Of a DNA stretch of 24,000 bases, positions 8,461-15,095 are shown in pieces. Position numbers and translations under genes: made by a program. Source of the stretch: Candidatus Sericytochromatia bacterium (lineage in GTDB: Bacteria > Cyanobacteriota > Sericytochromatia > S15B-MN24 > UBA4093); contig JAKFBU010000076.1 in assembly GCA_036676985.1 (NCBI GenBank), positions 15,185 to 39,184 on the forward strand. Direction: 5' to 3'. The notes beneath the pieces were generated by a model. The model made no database searches and was not told where the DNA came from. It worked only from the letters and a program-made list of their open reading frames with translations. Position 1 is the stretch's first letter. Each line of letters begins with the position of its first letter.

Positions 8461-8943
8461 ATGCCCGTTGTCGAAGACCGTCTCAAGACCCTAGGCATCA
8501 CGTTGCCCACGCCCGCTCCGGCGGCCGGAAACTATGCGCCCGTGCTGGATGTCGAGGGCTGGATCTACATCTCCGGCCAGTTGCCGATGGTGGACGGAAA
8601 GGTCGTGAGCACCGGCAAGGTCGGCGGCGACGTTTCGGTCGAGGATGCGTATCAGGCGGCCCGCACCTGCGCCATCAACGCCCTGGCCCTGCTCTACCAG
8701 GCGATGGGCGCCCACGAAGGCGCCCTGGACGACGTCCAGATCGTCCGGGTGGGCGGCTTCGTCGCGAGCGCTCCCGGCTTCACCCAGCAGCCCAAGGTCA
8801 TCAACGGGGCCTCGGACCTCTTCTGCGAGGTCCTGGGCGATCGCGGTCGCCATGCCCGCGCGGCGGTCGGCGTGGCCGAGCTGCCCCTGGGCGCCTCGGT
8901 CGAGGTGGAGGTCGTCGCTCGACGGCTTGGCAAGTATGCCTAG
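8461..8943 (+). CDS. RidA/YjgF/TdcF (Rid) family protein
   Basis: 160 aa with GAAGGAGG SD. NYAPVLDVEGWIYISGQLP and the C-terminal ARAAVGVAELPLGASVEVEV are typical of the YjgF/Rid family. Confidence 0.85.
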   Translation: MPVVEDRLKTLGITLPTPAPAAGNYAPVLDVEGWIYISGQLPMVDGKVVSTGKVGGDVSVEDAYQAARTCAINALALLYQAMGAHEGALDDVQIVRVGGFVASAPGFTQQPKVINGASDLFCEVLGDRGRHARAAVGVAELPLGASVEVEVVARRLGKYA

Positions 8944-9958
8944 CGTACTCTGTCTCGGGGAGGTCCTGTACGACTGGCACTGCCCCGAACAGGGGGCGAC
9001 CCTCGCGCGCGCCACGACCTTCGTCCGCACCCCCGGTGGGGCTCCCGCCAACGTGGCGGTCGGCCTGTCCAGGCTCGGCACTTCCACGGGGTTCCTGGGC
9101 CGCATCAGCACGGATCCCTGGGGGACCTCCCTGCTGGAGCTGCTCTCGTCCGAGCGGGTCGACGTCTCCCACGTGGTCCGGGACGATGGGGCTGGCACCC
9201 GCATGGCCTACGTGCTCCTCGACGAGCGCGGGGAGCGACACCTCGCGGCCTTCACGCACGGGGACTGCGCCGACGCGCGCCTGAATCACTCGGACGTACG
9301 GCCGGAGCAGTTCGACGACGTGTGCATCCTCTACGCGGGCTCCCTGATGCAGGTCCATCCCGAGTCGGCCATGGCCGTCGATCGGGCCATGGGGCTCGCG
9401 CAGGAGGAGGGGGCGATCGTCGTCTACGATCCCAACTACCGACCGGTGCTGTGGCCCACCCCGGAGGCCGCGCGCGAGGCCATCACCCATGCGGCCGAGC
9501 GGGCGGACATCCTCAAGGTCGGCGCCGAGGAGCTCGCCTTCCTGATGGGGGAGCCCGACCTCGAGCAGGCGGCGCGCATGGCCCAGGAGCGCTTCCTGCC
9601 GGCGCTCCTGGTCGTCACGGACGGGCCGCGGGGCTGCTTTTACGTGCGGGATGCGGACGAGGGCCATGTCCCGAGCATCGACGTCGTGGCGGTGGATCCG
9701 ACCGGAGCGGGGGACGCCTTCGTGGCCGGCCTGCTGTCGGGTCTGATCCCCGTCCTGCAGGAGGGCGACGGCCGGGAGGCGATCGCCACCATGGACGCCT
9801 CCGACCTGCGGCGCATCCTGAGCCGGGCCAACGCCCTCGGGGCGCTGGTGGCGACGCGCACCGGGGCCATGACGGCGCTGCCCACCGCCGAGGAGCTCGA
9901 GGCGTGGGTGCATGCCCAGCCGAAGGGGGCGCTCAAGGACAGCCTGGGCTGGAGCTAG
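8936..9958 (+). CDS. PfkB-family carbohydrate kinase (fructokinase-like)
   Basis: Start placed at ATG 8936 (MPSVLCLGEVLYD), overlapping the Rid stop by 8 nt, giving 340 aa. PfkB signatures GGAPANVAVGLSRLG and DPTGAGDAFVAGLL. The 97-codon upstream extension in the ORF track overlaps the Rid gene out of frame and is rejected. Confidence 0.85.
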   Translation: MPSVLCLGEVLYDWHCPEQGATLARATTFVRTPGGAPANVAVGLSRLGTSTGFLGRISTDPWGTSLLELLSSERVDVSHVVRDDGAGTRMAYVLLDERGERHLAAFTHGDCADARLNHSDVRPEQFDDVCILYAGSLMQVHPESAMAVDRAMGLAQEEGAIVVYDPNYRPVLWPTPEAAREAITHAAERADILKVGAEELAFLMGEPDLEQAARMAQERFLPALLVVTDGPRGCFYVRDADEGHVPSIDVVAVDPTGAGDAFVAGLLSGLIPVLQEGDGREAIATMDASDLRRILSRANALGALVATRTGAMTALPTAEELEAWVHAQPKGALKDSLGWS

Positions 9959-9965
9959 AGACAGT

Positions 9966-9999
9966 AAAATCGCCCCCTCCGCGGAGGGGGCGATTTTTT
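9966..9999. terminator. Bidirectional intrinsic terminator
   Basis: AAAATCGCCCCCTCC (9966-9980) pairs with GGAGGGGGCGATTTT (9983-9997). There is an A-run on the left and a T-run (to 9999) on the right. It lies between the convergent kinase genes. Confidence 0.85.
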
Positions 10000-10022
10000 C
10001 TTCCGGAGTCCCGACGGATCTA

Positions 10023-10088
10023 CCCCCCCATTCCCCCCTGCTAGGGGGGAGGCTTTGTCAGGCCCCCCACGGGGGCCTGGAGGCCTCC
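10023..10088. repeat. Second copy of the C-run element end, plus stacked GC hairpins
   Basis: CCCCCCCATTCCCCCCTGCTAGGGGGGA (10023-10050) closely matches the left end of the 7340 element (CCCCCCCTTCCCCCCCTGCTGCGCAAGGGGGG). Hairpins: 10032-10039/10043-10050 and AGGCCCCC/GGGGGCCT at 10060-10067/10071-10078. Palindrome GGAGGCCTCC at 10079-10088. Confidence 0.6.
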
Positions 10089-10090
10089 GA

Positions 10091-10918
10091 TTAGAACATG
10101 TCGGTGGCGACGGGTAGGCGGACGAAGAAGTGGCTGCCGCGATCCGGCGTGCTGTCGACCGAGATGCTGCCGCCATGCAACTCGACCAGGCGCTTGACGA
10201 TCGAGAGCCCGAGGCCCGAACCACCCGTGCGCTTCACACGCTGGTCGCGGATCTGGTAGTAGCGGTCGAAGACCCGCTCCAGGTGCTCGGCCTCCATGCC
10301 GATGCCGTTGTCGTAGACCTCGAGCATCACGTGCTCGCCCGCGCGGCGCCCGTAGATCCCGACCTTGCCGCCCGACGGCGTGAACTTGCAGGCGTTGTCG
10401 AGCAGGTTGCAGAGCACCTGGCCCAGGCGATCGGCGTCCGCGTAGATCTCGGGCAGGGGCAGGTCCATCCGGACCTCGATGTGCTGGCCCTTGGCGTCGA
10501 ACAGGGGCTGCATGTGGCGGAGCGCCAGCTGCATGATGTCGGTAACCGAGACCATGTGGCGGTTGAGCGTGAACTCGTTGGCCTCCAGCTGGCTCCAGAC
10601 GAGGAGGTCCGAGACGATGCGGAGCATGCTCTCGCCGCCCTCGAGCATCTTGCGGACGCACTCGCGCTGACTCGGCGTCAGCGTGCCCAGCGTCTCCTCC
10701 TCGAGGATCGAGCCGAACCCGATGATGTACGACAGGGGGGTCCGGAGCTCATGGCTGACGTTCGCGATCAGGTTGACCTTGAGCTGGTCCTGCTCCTCGA
10801 GCATGCGCTTGTCTTGGGTCAGGGCCTCGTTCTTGGCGAACAAGCGCTGCATGAGCACATGGTACTGCGGGTCGTCCGGGGTGAGGCGCGTGCTAAGGGC
10901 CGGGGTGACCTCACCCAT
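10091..10918 (-). CDS. Cytoplasmic histidine kinase without recognisable sensor domain
   Basis: H-box NVSHELRTPL, N-box LLDNACKF, G1 DNGIGM, G2 GGSGLGLSIV. Start placed at ATG 10918 (MGEVTPAL, 275 aa). The upstream 134 codons of the ORF track fall in a lower-GC, non-coding-looking region. The start is uncertain because there is no well-spaced SD. Confidence 0.8.
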   Translation of the reverse strand: MGEVTPALSTRLTPDDPQYHVLMQRLFAKNEALTQDKRMLEEQDQLKVNLIANVSHELRTPLSYIIGFGSILEEETLGTLTPSQRECVRKMLEGGESMLRIVSDLLVWSQLEANEFTLNRHMVSVTDIMQLALRHMQPLFDAKGQHIEVRMDLPLPEIYADADRLGQVLCNLLDNACKFTPSGGKVGIYGRRAGEHVMLEVYDNGIGMEAEHLERVFDRYYQIRDQRVKRTGGSGLGLSIVKRLVELHGGSISVDSTPDRGSHFFVRLPVATDMF

Positions 10919-11125
10919 GGTGTGGATGTCTTCCACGTAGGACCTCCAGGTGCGCTGGCAGAACACGCGACGAAACCAGGTAAGTGTAGCGTGCGGCCGC
11001 CGTCCGGCGGCAAGGGAACAGGTTCGTCGGGCGCTCTGATGCGGGTAAAAAAGGGCGCGGCTGGCCGCAAAGCGGTAACCGAGCAGGCCTTCTTCAGTAT
11101 AGCCATGCGAGGTTGATCTAACAAG

Positions 11126-11288
11126 ATGTGGAGCTTTACGATTTGCAACGGAGTTTCGTTGCTGGTCGTGATCATTCTGCTCCACATGCTCCAAGGAGTT
11201 TCGGAGACACGCGGGGCGTATGTTAGCATGCAGTGGAGCTTTCACCGGTTCGGAACCCCGCCGATCCACGTCCCAAGGAGTTTTGCGC
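11126..11288 (+). promoter_or_regulatory. Repeat-rich, potentially structured leader upstream of the 329-aa gene (strand and function unresolved)
   Basis: GTGGAGCTTT occurs at 11128-11137 and 11233-11242. CCAAGGAGTTT occurs at 11191-11201 and 11273-11283; the second copy is the SD of the gene. GCTCCACATGC (11179-11189) can pair either with ATGTGGAGC (11126-11134) or with GCATGCAGTGGAGC (11226-11239). Hairpin GCAACG/CGTTGC at 11145-11162. Confidence 0.35.
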
Positions 11289-12278
11289 ATGAGCGAGCGA
11301 TCGCTTCCTCTTTCCGCCACCGATCGTCAGGCCCTCGTCACCCGTCTCACGGCCCTGGGGTGGCGGATCGAGGAGCGGGCGGACTTCTCGGGCGTGCTCG
11401 CCACCGGCCAGACCCTCCGCTGCGTCGAGACGGTGGGCGACCACCTGGCGGAGAGCCTTCGGATCGATGCGGACGGTCGCCTCTACTACCGGGCCGGCTG
11501 GTTCGACGTGCTGCCCTTCGAGGCCATGCCGGACGTGACGGTCGATGCTCCGCGGCGTCCCGTCGGTGATGCGGCGCCCGCCGCCAAGCTCGCGCCCCAT
11601 CCCGACTGGCGGGTGCTGGTGGCGCCCGCGGGCGATCCCGCAGGCCGCTACCACCTGGTGGACGTCGAGACGGTGCTCGGGGACGCCACGGATCTCGGGG
11701 AGCTCGTGGGCCAGTTGCGCGCGCTCGCTGCCGCCTACAACCCCGCGCCCGGGACCGTTCCCGCCGAGCAAGCCTCCTACTACCTGATGGCGCCCCAGCT
11801 GGTGGCCATCTTCCAGGAGAGCGTCGAGGACCAGGTGGCGGGCTGGGGGACCTACGAGGTCGTATCGGCCGATCAGGGGCCTGCCATGTGGCGTGCGACC
11901 GTCGAGCAGGCCGACAGCCGGGGCGATCGCTACCGCTACGACGTCATCCGCACCGCGGAGGGTGTCGCCGCCGAGATCCTGGGCAAGCGGGATCTGCTAG
12001 TGCACGACTGGATCTGGCGCTTCCCGATCGCCGAGCGGGACTGGACCGAGGAGGTGGACGGCAACGTCGTGAGCCTCCAGGTCTACCACGTGGACGGGCC
12101 CGTGGACGTGGTGGCGGGTCGCTTCTACGGCTGCGTGCGGCTGTCGACCATGAACGAGAACGGCTCGAGCGTCCACACCTATCACCCGACGGCCGGGCTC
12201 ATCCTGAGCGAGTTCACGGACGTCGAGGGCACGCCCGGGCGCCGGGAGCTCTTCGATCTGGTGCGCCGCATCCCCTGA
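11289..12278 (+). CDS. Hypothetical protein (329 aa), no domain recognised
   Basis: ATG 11289 lies 8 nt after AAGGAG. High GC3 throughout. The in-frame ATG at 11220 has no properly spaced SD. Convergent with the methyltransferase gene, with 30 nt between stop codons. Confidence 0.7.
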   Translation: MSERSLPLSATDRQALVTRLTALGWRIEERADFSGVLATGQTLRCVETVGDHLAESLRIDADGRLYYRAGWFDVLPFEAMPDVTVDAPRRPVGDAAPAAKLAPHPDWRVLVAPAGDPAGRYHLVDVETVLGDATDLGELVGQLRALAAAYNPAPGTVPAEQASYYLMAPQLVAIFQESVEDQVAGWGTYEVVSADQGPAMWRATVEQADSRGDRYRYDVIRTAEGVAAEILGKRDLLVHDWIWRFPIAERDWTEEVDGNVVSLQVYHVDGPVDVVAGRFYGCVRLSTMNENGSSVHTYHPTAGLILSEFTDVEGTPGRRELFDLVRRIP

Positions 12279-12308
12279 GTCGACTGCTAGGCCCCGGTCG
12301 GGGTCTCC

Positions 12309-13865
12309 CTAATCAGCGCTGGACAAGCTCGCCTCGCACTGCGCGACGGCCTGCCGCATGGCGGCGGCCGCCGCTTCTTTGGCCTTGGCGCGCGCGGGAT
12401 CTCCGGGGTCCATGGCCAGATAGGCCCGGTGCAACGGGAGCACCGCTTCCATGTAACGCCTGCCGAGCTCTCCCTGCCGGGCCGCGGAGAGGAGCGGGAC
12501 GCGCAGGGCCCGGATCTCGTCGAACGAGAGGTTGGGCGTGGCCACCCCGTTGATGAGGCGCCGGATCTGACCCTGGCCGAAGCGTGAGGCCAAGAAGAGC
12601 CAGGCGAAGTACGGGTCGAGCCCCTCGAAGCGCAGGATGTCGACGAAGCACCCCACATTCGCCCGCAGGGGCTCCGTGAGCACGGCCATCCGCCCCTTGC
12701 CGAGCGACCCCACTCCGGAGCGGGCGAAGAGCAGGTCTCCGGGCCTGGGCCGGCTGCGCGCAGGGTCGAAGATCGAGCCTGCGGCTACACGCCGGGCGTT
12801 GGTCAGGTCGATGCCCGACACGCCCAGCTCGCCCTGGTTCAGGAGCCAGACGTCACCGGGATCGGCCTCCGGTCGCCGTCCGGTGACGACGGGTCCGTAG
12901 GTGATGAACGAAAGGAACTCCCCTAAAGGGCGGGTCTCCAGGCGATCGCCCAGCGCCAGGAGGGGGGCCGCATGCTCGGGACTCCAGTAGGACGGATCCC
13001 AGCGCTCGTCCTGGAGCCGGTCTGCGGGCACGAGGACGGCCGGCTCGCACGGCCGATCCATGAGGAAGGCCGCGGCCCGCTCGACCATGCCCTCCAAGTC
13101 GGCGGCCTGCCCCGCCCGGTCCATGAAGGTCGTGCCGGAACGGCCCTCCTTATGCAAGAGGAGCAGGACGGTGCGCGCGCTCGCCTTTTCCGTGCGGAAC
13201 ACGTTCGCCGGCAGGGAGAGGACGGCCCGGAGGGCGCAGCGCTCGGCGACCCAGTTTCGGACGTGCTGGAGCCTGCGGTTGGTGAGGAGGCCCTCGGGCA
13301 GTATCAGCGCGATCCAGCCGCCCGGCGCGCACAGCTGCACGCAGCGCTCCATGAACAGGCACTCGATGGGAAAGGTGGCGAGCTCGCGGAGGCGCTTGCG
13401 CCGCCCGTCCTGGCGGTAGATGGTGTAGGTCTCGAGGGCCGCGGCCAGCGCCCGGGATCCGGGACTATCGGGGTCGCGCAGCCCGTACAGCCCCTCGGAG
13501 CCGTAGGGCGGGTTGCCGATGACGACCTCGAAGTTCCGATCGAGCTCGGGATGGGGGCACAGGGCGTCCGCCGCGAGGAGGGTGAGGCCGGGATGGGCCG
13601 TGCTCAGGCGATCCCACGTCTCCTGGAGGGCGGGATCCACATCGACGCCCCACATGGCATCGGCGGACAGTCCGCGCCGGAGGCCTTCGGTCAGGAACAC
13701 GCCCTGTCCGACGGAGGGTTCGAGGATGGGGCCCGTGACCGCGGGTTGGCGCGATCGCCCTTCCGACTGGAAGAGCGCCACGAGCTCCCAGATCGCCCCG
13801 GCCAGGGCCGGGGGCGTGAAGAATTGCCCCAGTTGCTGCTTTTCGTGCCGGGTCTTCTGGATCAT
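12309..13865 (-). CDS. N6-adenine DNA methyltransferase (gamma class) fused to a single HsdS-type target recognition domain
   Basis: 518 aa with GGGGAGG SD. Motifs: GQFFTPP near the N-terminus, AdoMet motif ILEPSVGQGVF, catalytic motif VIGNPPYG. The C-terminal ~190 aa follows the type I S-subunit TRD pattern (PGDLLFARSGVGSLGK, NVGCFVDILRF, LDPYFAWLFLAS, TPNLSFDEIRALRVPL). Confidence 0.9.
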   Translation of the reverse strand: MIQKTRHEKQQLGQFFTPPALAGAIWELVALFQSEGRSRQPAVTGPILEPSVGQGVFLTEGLRRGLSADAMWGVDVDPALQETWDRLSTAHPGLTLLAADALCPHPELDRNFEVVIGNPPYGSEGLYGLRDPDSPGSRALAAALETYTIYRQDGRRKRLRELATFPIECLFMERCVQLCAPGGWIALILPEGLLTNRRLQHVRNWVAERCALRAVLSLPANVFRTEKASARTVLLLLHKEGRSGTTFMDRAGQAADLEGMVERAAAFLMDRPCEPAVLVPADRLQDERWDPSYWSPEHAAPLLALGDRLETRPLGEFLSFITYGPVVTGRRPEADPGDVWLLNQGELGVSGIDLTNARRVAAGSIFDPARSRPRPGDLLFARSGVGSLGKGRMAVLTEPLRANVGCFVDILRFEGLDPYFAWLFLASRFGQGQIRRLINGVATPNLSFDEIRALRVPLLSAARQGELGRRYMEAVLPLHRAYLAMDPGDPARAKAKEAAAAAMRQAVAQCEASLSSAD

Positions 13866-13910
13866 GCGCCCTCCCCGCCCATGCTAGCGGTGGGGGAGCG
13901 ATCGCTCAAG

Positions 13911-14231
13911 CTAGGACTTGGCGGCGGGCAGGACGGCGAGCGCCTGACGCAGCGAGTAGAGGCACTGCTCGTACTCCTTGAGGGTGGCCTCGGTGCCGGG
14001 CAGGCGGCGCAACTCGACCATGACATACTCGATCGCGCCGATGGACAAGGAGATGTGGCGATCCGTCAGGCCGACGTTCTTGAGCCGCTGCTCGAGCGTG
14101 CGCTCCACCTGTTGCTCGGTGGCCGGGGCCGCTCCGCGCGACTCGCGGTTGCCGCTCCAGCTCGAGCGGCGCATGTCACCCAACTCGAAGAGCGAGCGGA
14201 TCGAGCGTTCCGTGTTGTCCTTCTGGTCCAT
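13911..14231 (-). CDS. Hypothetical protein (106 aa), co-oriented upstream of the methyltransferase
   Basis: ATG 14231 is preceded by GGAGGGAGGAACGG (strong SD). High GC3. Stop lies 45 nt upstream of the methyltransferase start. No motif recognised. Confidence 0.75.
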   Translation of the reverse strand: MDQKDNTERSIRSLFELGDMRRSSWSGNRESRGAAPATEQQVERTLEQRLKNVGLTDRHISLSIGAIEYVMVELRRLPGTEATLKEYEQCLYSLRQALAVLPAAKS

Positions 14232-14826
14232 CCGTTCCTCCCTCCGGGGCGCAAGGGACGCCCCGCTCCGGGATCAAGGATAGCAGCGGATCTCGAACCG
14301 GGTGGTGGTACGGATCACAGCGCCCGCTCGCGCGCCCGCTACCATAGGCAGGCGGCCGCTCCCGGACGTAGAAGTCGGCGCGCCATGGCGCGGCGAGGGC
14401 CGTTAGCACCGTTTCCTCGGCGGCCTCCTCGTCGCCTAGCTCTGCGAGCAGGTTCGCCTTGAGCCAGGCCCGGGTCATGGGCGGCAGCTCGACGCTCAGG
14501 GCCTCCAGCACCGAGAGCGCCTCGCGAGGGTGGTAGCGGCCCATCAGGGCGAGGCACCCTTCCACGATCTCCCAGTCGCCGCGTCGCTCGGCGCGGAAGA
14601 CGGCCTCGTCCCACTCGATCAAGGCGGTGTCCGTCTGGTCCGACGCGCTCAAGGCGAGCGCGAGGGCGACCCGCTCGAGCAGGAGGTGGGGCCGGGCGCG
14701 CAGGCGCTGACGGCACGCGGCCTCGACGAGGGACAGCCCCCCTTCCGACTCATGGGACCCGATCTGCTCCAGGATCGCCCTCAGACTCGCCGGAAGGGTG
14801 CTGGGTGAGGTATCCACGGTGTGCAT
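14176..14826 (-). CDS. Hypothetical helical protein (216 aa), first gene of the methyltransferase operon
   Basis: ATG 14826 lies 6 nt after AAGGAG. Leu/Ala/Glu-rich and probably all-alpha (TPR-like impression only). The last ~60 codons have falling GC3 and overlap the next gene by 56 nt, so the true 3' end is uncertain. Confidence 0.6.
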   Translation of the reverse strand: MHTVDTSPSTLPASLRAILEQIGSHESEGGLSLVEAACRQRLRARPHLLLERVALALALSASDQTDTALIEWDEAVFRAERRGDWEIVEGCLALMGRYHPREALSVLEALSVELPPMTRAWLKANLLAELGDEEAAEETVLTALAAPWRADFYVRERPPAYGSGRASGRCDPYHHPVRDPLLSLIPERGVPCAPEGGTDGPEGQHGTLDPLALRVG

Positions 14827-14842
14827 GGCAACTCCTTGATTC

Positions 14843-14888
14843 AATAATGATATATCGTTATTTTATTAATCCTCCGTTAACCTGACAA
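14843..14888 (-). promoter_or_regulatory. Sigma70-type promoter with overlapping 20-bp palindrome (candidate operator) for the methyltransferase operon
   Basis: Minus strand reads TTGTCA (14888-14883), a 17-nt spacer, then TAAAAT (14865-14860). The near-perfect palindrome AATAATGATATATCGTTATT (14843-14862) overlaps the -10 box and the expected transcription start. This is the only strongly AT-rich patch in this part of the window. Confidence 0.55.
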
Positions 14889-15095
14889 GGGGGGGAGCGC
14901 CACGATCCGCGGGAGCGGCGGCCCAGGCCCCGATGACGTCACGGATGCGGCCAGGAAGACACCGCGCCGCGCGATGGGGTGCAAAGCGAGCCGGAAGGCG
15001 AGGATTAGCGGCGAAAGGGCGTGGAAAAATGCGATATAATGTAGACGCTGTTCCCCTCTTGCGGCTGTGTAACCCTGGAAGAAAGCGAGGCCACC

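Noticed and set aside
8645-8935. 97-codon N-terminal extension of the sugar-kinase ORF
   Set aside because: It overlaps the Rid-family gene in another frame and has a non-protein-like sequence (PAPAPSTPWPCSTRRW...). The PfkB homology begins exactly at the internal ATG 8936.
7340-10088. G/C-run repeats considered as a CRISPR-like array
   Set aside because: There are only two loci, 2.5 kb apart. The repeats are inverted rather than direct, there is no regular repeat-spacer periodicity, and no cas genes are present.
10919-11320. 134-codon N-terminal extension of the histidine-kinase ORF
   Set aside because: It falls in the lower-GC intergenic region, loses the GC3 bias and has an implausible peptide. 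It would also run across the divergent gene's SD and start codon.
11126-11569. ORF beginning MWSFTICNGVSLLVVIILLHMLQG, with a second in-frame MQWSF. This looked like duplicated hydrophobic leader peptides or a type I toxin.
   Set aside because: There is no SD before either ATG and no stop codon until 11569. The frame simply runs out of frame through the 329-aa gene. The M(Q)WSF repeat is better explained as the DNA repeat GTGGAGCTTT.
12279-12308. Terminator between the convergent 329-aa gene and the methyltransferase
   Set aside because: Only a 4-5-bp CCCC(G)/(C)GGGG stem with a tiny loop and no T-run can be drawn, which is too weak to annotate.
14281-14305. GGTTCGAGATCCGCTGCTA on the minus strand, resembling a tRNA T-arm/3' end (a possible att-site remnant)
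   Set aside because: The flanking bases cannot form a 5-bp T-stem around any 7-nt TTCGAGA-type loop, no acceptor stem or cloverleaf can be drawn, and no integrase is nearby.
14934-14941. TGACGTCA palindrome upstream of folE as a CRP/CRE-like site
   Set aside because: It is a single 8-bp palindrome with no second half-site or flanking conservation. At about 160 nt from the folE start, it is not distinguishable from chance.
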